A stretch of DNA of 64,000 nucleotides, from the NCBI RefSeq assembly GCF_006345805.1, contig NC_042998.1, forward strand, positions 73,656,001-73,720,000, read 5' to 3'. The stretch's first letter is position 1. Every line of letters begins with the position of its first letter. A program made the position numbers and the translations under genes. The notes beneath the pieces are model-generated. The model was not told the DNA's origin. It worked only from the letters and a program-made list of their open reading frames with translations, and made no database searches. Source of the stretch: Octopus sinensis. Its lineage: Eukaryota. Shown here one piece after another: positions 12,930 to 25,905 of the stretch.

Positions 12930-13620
12930 TTTCTTGTTAAGTGTTTCAGGCAGCGCACTTCAGACACCTCATCGTGTTGATTCTAAGTTGGGTAACAATA
13001 TGCTCTGTATAATTGTTAAAGATGGTGACACCTGTGAACACTATTATTTGTGATAATTTGCTGCATCTACTCGGTTATAGACAGTCTTCACATTCTCTTT
13101 TTCCATCATAACTAATACGAAATAATTGTGAAAGAAAATGATGCATCATAACACCTGACAATTTGTAGTGTAGACTTTGACGGCAGCAGGTATGACGATA
13201 AGAAACTACCTTAAATCGATTTTAATGAGCAAACTTTGGCGATTGTCCATGTTCACAGATTCTTCACTTGGATGAAAGTTCTCGTAAAGAAATGGTCTTC
13301 GATGTCGATTGATTGCTTCAAAAGTCTTCTCTTCAATGATATTACTGGCAATTTCAGGAACTCAATCAAACATAATTTGCAATTCCCTCTCCCGTTACTC
13401 GATAGATGTCTCTGTACACAATACTCTTGTATTGTAGGTAAGTTCTGTTTTCACGTTGCTTACTTTCTAAACATGTTAGAGCAAAGATTTGGAGTTCTCT
13501 TTATCCCTCAATCTGAATGAGAGTATATGTTATCTACATCAGTTTTAAATGTGTTTGCGATGGGTCTCGTAAAATTACTATCTATATCATTAACACAAAT
13601 TACGGTAGTTCTGTGTAGCA
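12930..13620 (-). mobile_element. Decayed Penelope-like element 3' end (GIY-YIG C-terminus plus 3' UTR)
   Basis: Minus frame SNGRGNCKLCLIEFLKL...KRRLLKQ resembles the PLE C-terminal C.LCL.E...I...LLN motif. A vestigial hammerhead-like CGATGAGG...CCTGAAAC lies at about 12943-12975 on the minus strand. Confidence 0.5.
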
Positions 13621-13866
13621 TCATCGTAAAGAAGCACAATCATCTATATGTGTAATCTAAAAACTTTCTACATTTACAAGTTGATTTTTGGAGTTGAAGT
13701 TGTCTGGCTAGGTATGGTAGATTGCAATGTGGAGTCTCGAAAAGTAATGCTATCTACGAAAGAATCACTGATTTTACTGTTACTAATGCTAAAAATGTAA
13801 GCATTAAACTTAGTTTTATATACATATAAATATAGAATCGTATATACATTAAGATATATATATATA

Positions 13867-14245
13867 TCTTTATATATAAAAGTGAAGTTGTGTGAGTGTC
13901 TGTCTCCTACGATTTAGATTCCTAACTACTCCCACATTTTGCGGTGCAGTTCAACCAAAACCGGGTATCTTATAGCCGTGATTCATATCGAGCCCTTCTG
14001 GGTATTAGCGCGCGTCTACGATGAGTCTACGATTTAAAAAAAATATACCATCGTTTTTTTCCATTTTAATGCATTTTTTTCGCTATTATATAAGAGAAGT
14101 AACTCTCTAAAAATGTCTACGATGAGTCAACGATTTAAAAAAAAATTACCATCATTTTTTCCCATTTTTAATGCATTTTTTTGCTTAAAAATGCTTATAT
14201 AGTTATTTCCCTTACAAACCCGAGCAACGCCGGGCGATACTGCTA

Positions 14246-14246
<1 letters not shown>
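13867..14246 (+). mobile_element. Non-autonomous Helitron
   Basis: Starts TC after A and ends CTAG before T. Subterminal hairpin cccgagcaacgccggg at 14219-14234. Internal tandem duplication of about 100 bp (14017-14080 and 14117-14185). Embedded in (TA)n. Confidence 0.85.
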
Positions 14247-14317
<71 letters not shown>

Positions 14318-14323
<6 letters not shown>

Positions 14324-14603
14324 ATCACGTGACCGACCAGACCATCAGATGTTGTTACACATCGCTGGTCACAATACGTTCGCATTGTTTTAACTTTCGA
14401 ACGACGCCACCCCGCTGGCTAAGCGAGCAGGCCAACAGAAGAAAGAGTGGGAGAAAGAGTGGTGAAGTGTACTGCAGAGATCACCATCCCCTGCCGGAGC
14501 ATCGTGACGCTTTTAGGTGTTTTCGCTCAATAAACACACACACGCCCGGTCTGGGAATCGAAACCGCGAGTCCGCTGCCCTAACCACTGGGCCATTGCGC
14601 CTC
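14318..14603 (-). mobile_element. tRNA-derived SINE S3, short form with a different 3' tail
   Basis: Head ggaggcgcaatggcccagtggttagggcagcggactcgcggtttcgattcccagaccggg matches the 2632 copy. The tail is unrelated to that of the 2143 copy. Confidence 0.8.
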
Positions 14604-14820
<217 letters not shown>

Positions 14821-15140
14821 CAATATGTTTAAATATAAATTATGGATATATATGTATGAGTATATACAGAAAATTCCAGAGTTTCAGCAATGTTGAGATG
14901 CACTCCAATAGAATGTATATGCAGAAGAGAGAAAGCGGGATGAGGCAATGAGATAGATAGATAGAATAGATAGGCAGTGAAATACATAATGGCAGTAATA
15001 TTTTTTCAACCTGTATTGTAAAAACCCATCGAACATCAATCTCGTGATATTTGGTCACATTGCTACAGAGTGATATATAACTCCATAGAAATGATTTTGA
15101 CATGTAGATATACGGCCAACAAGTGATAAAAGAGTGCAAG

Positions 15141-15175
<35 letters not shown>

Positions 15176-18100
15176 CATACATACACTTATAGATAAATAA
15201 ATGTATGTGTGTGTGTATGAGTGTGTATGTCTGTATACACATATATACTCGCATACAAACACACACATGTACACACATATATATATATATTAACTGAGGA
15301 AAAAATGCAAAAAGAACGACTGAATAATGTGTGCCTGATGATCAATAATGTAGAGTGTATATTTGCATTTGGGAAGGAACGGAGTATAACATTTCTCTTT
15401 ATTGATCCTTTACTGGAGGCAGCAGAATTGGTAAAAGGAAATGAAATGGACATTCACATCACGTCTCATCTCTCTCCATCACTTTTTCATTTCTCACTTT
15501 CTTTACTTTAGACACATATACATATATATACATATATATACATATATATATATATATAAGTATTTGTATACATTGAGTTATGTATCTGTATGAATGTATT
15601 ATATGTGTATATACGTGAGAGCGTCTTGTGCTTTGCGCGTTTGTGGGCAAGTTTGTATTTATGTGTATGTAAATATAAGTAGTATGCCAGTATATATATA
15701 TATGTATGTATGTATGTATATATGTATTGCCTATACGCATATACGACATACAACTATAAAGATCTCACAGACACGCATATATATATATATATATACACAC
15801 GCGCACAGAATTGACGTATCCCATATAAAATATAAGGGTTCTGCATATAGATGTATAGTTTTGTGAATTTTTCCCTCTATCAACAACAAAGGATAAAGAG
15901 AACTTCAACAGAATCAAAAAAAAAGTTACGGTTATGCTTGCACATCTTAATTGTAGGTGTTTATGTAAGAAATGTTGCATTTATTACATTCTACTCACGG
16001 AATAAAGAGTATTTCCATGATGGCTACTTGAAATCCCTCACGACGTTTTTGAGCGAAGAATCTCTCAAGAATGGAAGCTCTTCAAAAGTTTTCGAACATT
16101 TTTATATATCTTATTTTATGAGTAGTGCAACTTACAAAGATTTCAGTTTTATATCAAATGGCTTTATTTTAATTTTTTTTTCTTTTTTCTTGTTCTGTTT
16201 AAAGGAGACTGTATTTAATATAAAGAAGTTTTTGGTTTTCTTTGGCTAGCAGTTTATCTGATAGCTTCAGCAGAAGAAACCGTACAGGTACTTTTTACTT
16301 CACATTTCTAACAGAACATTATGGCTGTTATTGCATTATCTCAGCGCACTCATAAATTAATGATGCTTTTTCTTGTCCGCTATTTCTCTACGAATCTATC
16401 ATATGTTGCCACAACAACAGTTCGCTTCCATTGTTCAAAGTATTAGACGTGTCTTAACGGAAAGGTTGTTAAATATATTTCTTTGCTTCCTTCGGGATAC
16501 TGGCAATTGATTTACATTACAAAGAAATCATGAAATGTTTATCTTCCTACTCTAACCTGTGTCCTCTTTTCTTTCGGAATGAAACTCGTCTTCTATAAAC
16601 AGCTAAAATATAATTTTTTGTATCCTAATACCGTTCATTTTTGGAAATTAGCTATGCAGTTGAAAATCACACACATGTATGTCACTGCATTTGAGAATGA
16701 ATGAGTCCCATTAGAATAATGAAAATATATTTTACCAATGTACGTTTCTGTACCTGAGAAAATATCCATATTGTGATATTTCTTTTCTAAAAATAACTGT
16801 CATTAACATGCCCTTGATGGTGACCAACATTTGTATTTAATTTTGGTTATGATTTAATAATAAGAAGAAGGAAAGCGGCATTGACCCTTTCTCTGGTCCT
16901 TTACGATTAGACAATAGAAGGGAGAAAATTATCCTCCGACCAGAGACCAGTCTAAATACTTAAGATAGACTGGAATCTGCTAAAGGCTTTCTCGGGTCAT
17001 GTGGTTTTGTAGAACGAAGAACGTAATACTGGTTTCAAATTTCGGCACAAGGCCAGCAATTCCGAGAGAGAGGGTAAATCAATTGCATTGACCTCACAGA
17101 AAATATCTCTAAAACATCAGTTTTATCGAACATTGACGAAGCTACTAATTTCAGAAATGTTGTTTTTGTGTATTTTAAAAAATAACTATATAAAGATATA
17201 AATATATGCATACTTACATGTAAATGTTTGTGCGTGCGTGCGTGTGCGTGCGTGTGCGTGCGTGTGCGTGCGTGCGTGCGTGTCCGCCCGCACGTGTCTG
17301 TGTGCACGTGTATTAAGTGACTAGTACTGGACTTTAGACTGGTGTAACTCTTAAAGTGTCAGACGGATAGGAAGCATTGCTCTACATGTTCCAACTCTTT
17401 GCGTTTGCCAGTAACAGCTACCACTCAGCACCAGTACTAAGCGGTATCGGCACTAATCTATCAGTTTCTAATAGCTGTAGAATAGAGATGGGTGACTTGT
17501 ATGTATGGACATCTGCCAATCTTCAGTGCCTCCGACATAAAGACGCCCTGGATATGTATGTATGTATGTTTGTATGTAGGCATGTATATATATATGCATA
17601 TATGTACGTATCCATGTATGTACGTAAATTTATTTTTCATTAAGAATTATATAAGTTCTCCAAGCCGGTCACTCACGATTTGACAAGCCTTCTTTTTTAT
17701 TATTTTGCCTTCTTTTAATCAAATGATTTGAGTGTAGATTGTTGAGTTAACATGTAGATATACATAGGAGTATATGTGGATGTATTTCCACATAGGCTAT
17801 GAGTGTACGTCTTTTTCCTATGTAAATGTATTTGTATGCGCATGAGTATTTTTTTATGTATGTATACGTATGTATGTATACGTATGTATGTATACGTGTG
17901 TATTTGTTTTATGTATGTATACGTGTGTATTTGCGAGCGCCTGTTTGTGTGTATAAGCGTGCGAGAGACGAACACAGAAATAGAGAAAAAAAGAAAATGG
18001 TTGCCCAAAGACATAATATGTTTATTTAGGATTGCAATGTGGTATGTTTTGATATTATATACTTTTTCAACTTTCTCGACTTTACATAACCCTCAGCAAT

Positions 18101-18566
18101 AAATTCTGTTCCATGTGACGAGAAACTTAAAAATTCGTATTGTTATCTCGTTATCAGTTTACAAACAGATAAAAACTAAAATTAATTGACAGGTCAAAGA
18201 TACAATTCCAAACGTGTTTTGACTTCGTGATTGGTTCTTACTGATATTACCGGGAACTCAGTGCAAGAACTGAACTAAAATTAGAAGTAACCGCGATTAT
18301 ATCAGATGCGGAGAACATCAAATGGTGCAGGAACAACGTCAATAACATCGAAAAATAGAATTTGTTCCCATATTTTGGATAATACAGTTGTGTCAAAAAT
18401 GTTTTCAAAATGTTTAAAAGTGAGTATTCCGATAGACACGCAGAGCACACTCTCGCTAATAGAAATTTGGTTGCATTTTATTCTAAAGATCGTTCCGAGT
18501 TCGCATCTAGGAAGACCAATGTTGCATTCCATTTCTTGAGATCGGTAAAGTCGAATACTAGTTAAG

Positions 18567-18810
18567 TATTGGGTCATCCCATAAATAATGCGGTTTTTTT
18601 ATGCCACTTTTATTTCTCAAAATTAAGATAAAATATATTCTCCTAAATTTTCTACAATGCTCTTCCATCTGTCTGGTAGACTTGCAAGGCCCCTTTTTCA
18701 AAAGTCACTTGTCCTTGACGAAAAATACTCCTCCAGTATTGTTCTGACCTCGTCTATTGAATTCATATTTTCTCCGTTCAAATGATTTTGAAGACTGTGG
18801 AAGTAGCACT
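18567..18810 (-). mobile_element. Mariner (Tc1/mariner) 3' end with TIR
   Basis: Minus frame HSLQNHLNGENMNSIDEVRTILEEYFSSRTSDF...GLASLPDRWKSIVENLGEY is a mariner transposase C-terminus. Mariner-like terminus tattgggtcatcccataaataatgcgg at 18567. Confidence 0.85.
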
Positions 18811-18821
18811 TTAGTAGTAGT

Positions 18822-18928
18822 TTACCTTTCATCCTTTCAGGGTTAATAAATTAAGTACCAGTTGAATACTGGGGTCGATGTTATCGACTATCTCCAAATT
18901 TCAGGCCTTGTGTCTATAATAAAAAGGT
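18822..18928 (+). mobile_element. SINE S1, 3' half
   Basis: ctttcatcctttcagggttaataaattaagtaccagttgaatactggggtcgat...ggccttgtgtc. Confidence 0.75.
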
Positions 18929-19999
18929 TTATTGTTATATTTTATCGTACTTAATTTCGCTGATCCCGAATGCTGGAAGGTAAAGACTACACTCACTCGG
19001 TATCTGTACTCAGAACATCAAGGGTAGAATTAAATGCCAAAATTCATTTTCTTCAATCCTCTATTAACTTCCAACAATACGTATGAATAATACAGATGTA
19101 TACAACTGAGGCACACGTTATGAGAAACTGAGACCCTGGGTTAAATAGATGCATTACATTACTGCTGCTTTTATTATCGATCCCACAGACAGAAGATATA
19201 ATATATTCTAATGAAGAACTGAACAAAAAATCTAATGGGAAATATCTAAGGCATTTGCACGGATGATCTGATCAGCTACGGTGCATACCGGTACGCTGCC
19301 AATTTTGTCATCCAAAACTGAAAGGTTTTTATCTTAAGCGCCAGATAACATAGTCTTATGGAATTTGCATTCGATTAAGTCAACTCAAACACTTGATTGA
19401 AATCTACTGAGAAAGATGAAAGACGATGTCACCCTCAGCGGTATTTGAACTCTGAAGGTATGGTAACGGAACAGATAACTTTCATAATATACCTAATCAA
19501 TTCTGCTAATCTGCAGAGGAAACAAATATATATAAATTACCACAAAAAATATATAATAATCGTAAACGACACAGCGAAAACCGTGGTATGGACGATACAC
19601 GGAACGAGGAAGAGTAGCACAGTGACGAAAGCTCTAAATCTAGAATTATATTGAAGTCTGCTACCAACTTCTGCCTCATTTAATTCTTGATAAAATAGGT
19701 TAATGTAAAATACAGGTGCTACACGCAAGGTGTAAGAGCACAAGGCATTGTATATATTTAGATATTAATTCTCACCTGCCATTCGCTGCTGTAAAACAGA
19801 TTCCATGCTTTCCCAATATCTTTCACTCCTTTCCAGTTCATTTCTATACATTCGTTGTATTGTTGATTTGGAGTGGGATACTGTTTACACCTAGCAGGTA
19901 TAATCCAATTTCATTCTCTTATATACAGTGTTACACATAAATAATGCATTCGCATTAACCGGCACGCGAGTATACAAAGCATGTGTACATATATCTATC

Positions 20000-20256
20000 T
20001 TTCACTTGTTCCAGTCATCGGACAACAGCCATGTTGGAGCATCGGCTCGAAATATTTAGTGGAATAAATCAACCACTAACCTTTTATTTTTTTAATTATA
20101 TGATCGATCTCTTTTTCCTGAACTGCTAGCTTACGGGAACGTAAATAAACCCACACTAATTGTCATGTGGAGATGGAGGACAATCACGAAAATAAGGATA
20201 CGCAAACATTTAAATAAATTACTTAATCTATATTCGTGTGTGTGTTTAAGCGTGTA

Positions 20257-20307
<51 letters not shown>

Positions 20308-20325
20308 ATATTTATTATATATATA

Positions 20326-20395
<70 letters not shown>

Positions 20396-20505
20396 ACGGA
20401 TTCTTCAGGATTAGGTCAACCAGAGGCTATAGTTTCTACACAGTGGGAGGAAGTTCAAATCGTATGGTTGTGAGGCAAGCTTCTCACCCCACAGCCATGC
20501 CTGCG
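20000..20505 (-). mobile_element. SINE S2 with internal (TA)n
   Basis: Tail 20000-20210, TA array 20266-20386, head 20393-20505 (gcaggcatggctgtggggtgagaagcttgcc). Confidence 0.75.
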
Positions 20506-20554
20506 CATACATATCGTGTATATACATATATGCATATACATTTCTGCGGGGGAC

Positions 20555-20591
<37 letters not shown>

Positions 20592-20651
20592 TGAAAGTAT
20601 ATATTTGCATGTAAGAGCGTTTCTAAAGTCTTGCATGTATCTATCTATCTA

Positions 20652-20716
<65 letters not shown>

Positions 20717-20717
<1 letters not shown>

Positions 20718-21325
20718 CAACAAATTAAGGAACGGCCATAATAGGCCGTTCAACCCACTAGAAATAACAGCCAAGGCTTCAACCGCAAAATAGTAGTAAT
20801 TCCGTAAACCAGGAGAAAATTAAAAAAACATTTACCCCGTTCATCTTTACACAATGCATTGTTTCTTCGTTTTTTAATGGTAAATCAGCCTGATTAAATT
20901 AAATCAAGTCAATTTTCCATAGGCCAACAAATTCATCAGTAAAGAAAGCCAGGAGGGAGAGAAATTACACGAGGCAGTAACATTACCGCTTCGGCAATAT
21001 CTGACCTAAAATTTTCGAACTCATCGTACTCGCGCCAAATTTATCGGCAGCAAATATAAGCTGCCGATTCCATTTCGGAATTAAACAGAAAATTCATAAT
21101 TAATCAATATAGGGTAGCAAAAAATTCTCCTGGTTTACGGAATTACTACTATTTTGCGGTTGAAGCCTTGGGTGTTATTTCTAGTGGGTTGAACGGCCTA
21201 TTATGGCCGTTCCTTAATTTGTTGTTGAATGTATTAATAGTCTCTGACTATTTCCTTTTTCTCACTAGACCGCTGGTGGCAAAATAATTTCTGCTGAATT
21301 TTTGCTACCCTATATTGATTAATTA
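20717..21325. mobile_element. Hammerhead-bearing PLE-type non-autonomous element with head-to-head inverted duplication
   Basis: Arms 20717-20820 and 21121-21226 are near-perfect inverted repeats. 21096-21128 and 21293-21325 form a second inverted pair. (TA)n on both sides. Contains the hammerhead at 20844-20945. Confidence 0.7.
20844..20945 (-). ncRNA. Type-I hammerhead ribozyme motif (N17=G, probably inactive copy)
   Basis: Helix I UCUUUA/UAAAGA; CUGAUGA (20939-20933) plus A; helix II UUUGUU/AACGAA; GAA; palindromic helix III ACAAUGCAUUGU; site GUG. Confidence 0.75.
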
Positions 21326-21357
21326 TAATATATATATATAATATATATATATAATAT

Positions 21358-21390
<33 letters not shown>

Positions 21391-21457
21391 GTTTATAGAA
21401 GTGGCTGTGATATACATGTATTTGATGCTATATGAATGAATCAATATATATACATAC

Positions 21458-21692
21458 AAGGCAGCGAGCTGGCAGAAACGTCAGCACGCCGAGCAAAATG
21501 CGTAGCCGTATTTCGTCTGCGTTCAAATTCTAAGTTCAAATTCCGCCGAGGTCGACTTTGCCTTTCATCCTTTCGGGGTCGATAAATTAAGTACCAGTTA
21601 CGCACTGGGGTCGATATAATCGACTTAATCCGTTTGTCTGTCCTTGTTTGTCATCTCTGTGTTTAGCCCCTTGCGGGTTGTAAAGAAATAGA
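21458..21692 (+). mobile_element. SINE S1 variant with an alternative, Tx1-like 3' tail
   Basis: Standard S1 head and body to 21625, then ccttgtttgtcatctctgtgtttagccccttgcgggttgtaaagaaa. Confidence 0.85.
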
Positions 21693-21695
21693 AAT

Positions 21696-21857
21696 AGGTA
21701 TTTCGTCAGTCTTTACGTTGTGAGTTCAAATTCCGTCGAGGTCGACTTTGACTTTCATCTTTTCGGGATCGATACATTAAGTACCAGTTGTGTAGTGGGG
21801 TCGATATAATGGACTGGCCTCCTTCGCCCAAAATTTCGGGCTTAGAATAGCAAATAA
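21696..21857 (+). mobile_element. SINE S1 (5'-truncated, standard tail)
   Basis: gtatttcgtcagtctttacg...gagttcaaattccg...cccaaaatttcgggc. Confidence 0.85.
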
Positions 21858-22566
21858 ATATATATACATATATACATAGACACACACACACAGACACACA
21901 CACACACAGACACACACACACACAGACACACACACACAGACACACACACACAGACACACGTGTTTATTTGTGTGTGTATGTGTGGAGGACGTGTATTTGT
22001 GTATGCATTTGTTCTTGAGTGTACGTATAAATATTACTTCACGTACTCATGCGTGCGCTCGAAGGCATCAATTGTAGACTTCTTTGTAAATGAATCGTAC
22101 GCCAATGTTTAGTTTAGGATGCCAAAGGGAGGTGAGGGGTACGTTAACATTATATGACAGGTAATATTTCCAGAGGTAACAATATACCAATAATATCTGG
22201 AGGCTGTGGAAACAGTGTACGATGAAGTGTTTTGTTTGTGTAATACAGAAACAACAGTAGCTGATTACCACTCACTACTGTGAGTCTATATTTATGTACG
22301 TACGCATACACACATATACACATGCATACATATATGTATGCATGCATTTATGTATGTATATATATATGTACATATATATACACATATACACATACATACA
22401 CATATATATATATAAATGTATATGTATATATAAAGACACACACGCACATACATACATATATATATATGTATGTATGTATATATGTATGTATGTATGTATG
22501 TATAAGCGCACGTGTTGTGTGTATATGCTTGTATGTTAGTATTTGCGTGTGTGTGTATATGTGCGT

Positions 22567-22600
<34 letters not shown>

Positions 22601-24995
22601 TTTTGTTTGTCAAATTTAGCGATGGCCTTCCTTAAAGGTGCTAGAATTTTTTTTTTTTTCCTTTTTGTCTTTAATATGAAAAAGAGCAACGTACATATAG
22701 ACTCATTCTCTTGTTCTTCTTACGACGACATGCTGAGAGAGTGACAAAATTAAGTTTAGACAAACTGGGTTTGTATAAGAATACAGGAGATTGTTAAACG
22801 CAGGCGTGGCGGGGGTTTATCTCCCCGCTAGCGATATAAATATGATTGCATTTTGCACCAAATGTCAATTTGGTAGTTTCTCTCGTGTCTACTGCAGTAT
22901 AGTCTGTTCTAACAGAACATCCACGTTTAAGTGGGAATAAATATTACCTCTCAGTATTAGTACTGCCTCTGTAGCTAACATATGTGCCAATATATATATA
23001 GCTGTCTTCTATTCAATATCTCAGCCCGGCTTTGAAGAATATTGTTTCTTCGGGTCAACTCTATCCGAACTCGCATAAATTCTCATGATCAAGAAGGAAA
23101 TTAACGCCTTTTCGAAGCTAACTGTAAAACTGAACCTGTTAAAAGTTCATTGAGTGACTTTCAATTCTGGTTTTCCTTTGCGTTTAGCGGGTCCAATATG
23201 ATAAATCTTTGAAGATCCAATTAACTCTACTTTCATGGCGAAGTCATTACAGATTTCAATTTTTCATCAAGTTTAACTGATGTCGATCTTGTTGATACCG
23301 TATAGCTGCCGGTAATCTTTCTACTTTTGCATTCACCACTTTATCTCTTTTCATGCACGGCTTTTCATCAGGGTTTGTCTTTTTCCTCTCACATTCGATG
23401 TTTTAACAATTCAAGATCGTTCGAAAGCATTTATTTAATCAGTAGAAAGAACCAGATAAACTCACCACTTGGATAATATTTTCAGCAAATTCTTGTATTT
23501 CTGATTACTATTCAAGTCCGACTAATATTGCTTGCAGTGGATTTTCACTTAATTTATAGGAATAGTAGCCAAATCTCCATGCATCAAAAACATTCTCAAA
23601 AGCAAGTGTTTGTGCCGAGGTCATAGAAATACCCGCCTTGAGTCTGGATACGTAGTCAAAGCACATGGAGAAGAAAGACTTCAAACTTTAGCCCTTACTA
23701 ACTTGTATTATCCTTTCATTATAAAATTCTAAACGCTCCTATAATATATAATTTACTGATGAAATGGTTTTCCTTCTGCTTGCTCTTGATAGCTGCTGGA
23801 TATTTGACAATGGACATTCAGTGAATAACATTTGTACAGTAGAAGTTTATGTCACTATGATCCAATGATACATAAATGTCTCATATGAACATCTGACAAG
23901 ATGGTACAATTATCATATATCTATATATGCATTTATATAAGTACTTATGTATGTATTTATATATTTATATGCGTATGTATGTATCTATGAATGTCTTCTA
24001 CTCATTTATCTTGTCTTATTTTATATCATGAATCGATATTAAACATCACGGTTGAGAGAATTTAATCGAAAATCAAAAATATAATGTTTTTACTGAACGG
24101 CAATGCAAGGAGATAAATGTGTCAAAACCAAAAATATTTCAAACAATCTTGAAAGATAAATTATCATTTCCTGTAAGTAAAAACACAATATGCCAATTAC
24201 AAGAAAGAAAGTTTGAAAAGACAGTATACTCTAGAGGGTATACTTATAGCGAATGTTGACAATATTGGTGTGTAAATGTTTTGAATTGTTATTAAATTGA
24301 AATATACAAAATACATCGCTTGAAGTCATTTAAGCTAGTTGATATTTAGATATTAAAAGAGTGATTCTACCTGCCAAATATCTTCTTCTGTATATCTTTG
24401 TTATAGAACCTAATTCATTTACACCGTAGTATGGATTCTTATACAAGTGTTCAACAGAAAATCACTATTGAATATAAGGAATAATAGAGAGAAATAGAGA
24501 TGGTGAGAGTAATAAATGTTTTGTCTAGTGTAAACTAGACAAAATGTTCACAACAGATGGCGCTGCTGGTTTATGTTATTGATTATTGCCAAACATCTGA
24601 CAAGGTCATACATGAAGTTCGTTGCAAAATATACGCAAATCAACAATTTTGGAAGAACTAAGATATCTTGAGAATGTCTACTGGGATTACAAGACAATGA
24701 TAAGAATTAACAATGGAATATGGAAAAGAGAATTATAGATAGAAGGAGAAAGGTAAAAGGAATGGAGAGGAGCATGCATACAGACACCGAAATAGAATTT
24801 GCACAATGAACGTATACTGATGTATCTATGTAATATTCACAATCACACATAGAAACATACACCGCATATAATTATATACATATAGCTATGTAAATACAAA
24901 ATCAGTTAGTGTGTGTGTGTGTGCATGCGTGTGAGAGAGAGAGAGCATATATATGATTACATGTGTGAGCAAGTGTTTCGTGCACGTATAGAGAA

Positions 24996-25060
<65 letters not shown>

Positions 25061-25254
25061 TTCAATTAGGATAGGAAAGATTGAAGTCAATGAAAGAAGG
25101 GGATCAATTTGTTTCTGACATATTTTAGATCAATTGCTAGCAAGGGAAGAAAAGATTGCTGTGTTTTGTAGTTGGAGTTATTTAGAATTGAACGATTACT
25201 TTAGATATTAAATTTATCTTGATGTTATTGTAGCATGTAGTTAGGATTCGCATT

Positions 25255-25420
25255 GACAGTGAGCAGTTAAAAGTCCGCTTTGCAATCACGTGATTTGAGT
25301 TCGACGCTACAGTGCAGCACATTGAGCAACCGTCTCCTGCAGTAGCCTCGAGTTTACCAATGATTTGGGAGCTGAGTCTGGTAAACGCAAACTGTGTAGG
25401 AAGTTCATCGAATTCATACA
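25255..25420 (+). mobile_element. Old SINE S2 head remnant
   Basis: gagttcgacgctacagtgcagcacattgagcaaccgtctcctgcagtagcctcgag aligns loosely to the S2 head and CORE segment. Confidence 0.5.
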
Positions 25421-25483
25421 TTCAATTATAATGAATGTATGCCTGTAGCTATGCGTGTTTATATACATAGATGCATACATTCG

Positions 25484-25603
25484 AGGCGGTGCCGAAAAGT
25501 TTCTGGCTTTGAGTAAAAGCAAGTACAAGAAGGATCAGTTAATTATGATTTTATTCAACATATTACTCTCAGGTTCACACACATATCGCAGTAGTCCTTT
25601 CAA
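25484..25603. mobile_element. Mariner-derived MITE, partial
   Basis: cgaggcggtgccgaaaagtttctggcttt TIR. Inverse of the 30856-31421 element's right half. Cut by a GATA array. Confidence 0.65.
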
Positions 25604-25720
25604 TAGATAGATAAATAGATGGATAGATAGATGGACAGGCAGATACATAGACAGATCTATAGATAGATAGACAGACAGACAGATAGATGGATGGATGGAT
25701 AGATAGACAGACAGACAGAC

Positions 25721-25758
<38 letters not shown>

Positions 25759-25840
25759 TCAGAGACACAGATAGATAGATAGATGGATAGATAGATAGAT
25801 AGATAGTCAGAGACACAGATAGATAGATAGATAGATAGAC

Positions 25841-25887
<47 letters not shown>

Positions 25888-25905
25888 TAGACAGATAGAT
25901 AGATA
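25604..25905. repeat. (GATA)n/(GACA)n/(GGAT)n compound microsatellite
   Basis: Visible array. Confidence 0.95.

Noticed and set aside
13353-13379. RNSIKHNL in ORF 13236-13520 resembling the forkhead motif NSIRHNL
   Set aside because: No other forkhead residues around it, and the opposite strand fits a PLE remnant better.
15290-15470. Protein-like stretch EEKMQKERLNNVCLMINNVECIFAFGKERS
   Set aside because: No recognisable domain, no convincing splice sites and no partner exons.
23000-23700. Higher-complexity stretch that may be decayed coding sequence
   Set aside because: All frames are interrupted and I could not assign any motif.
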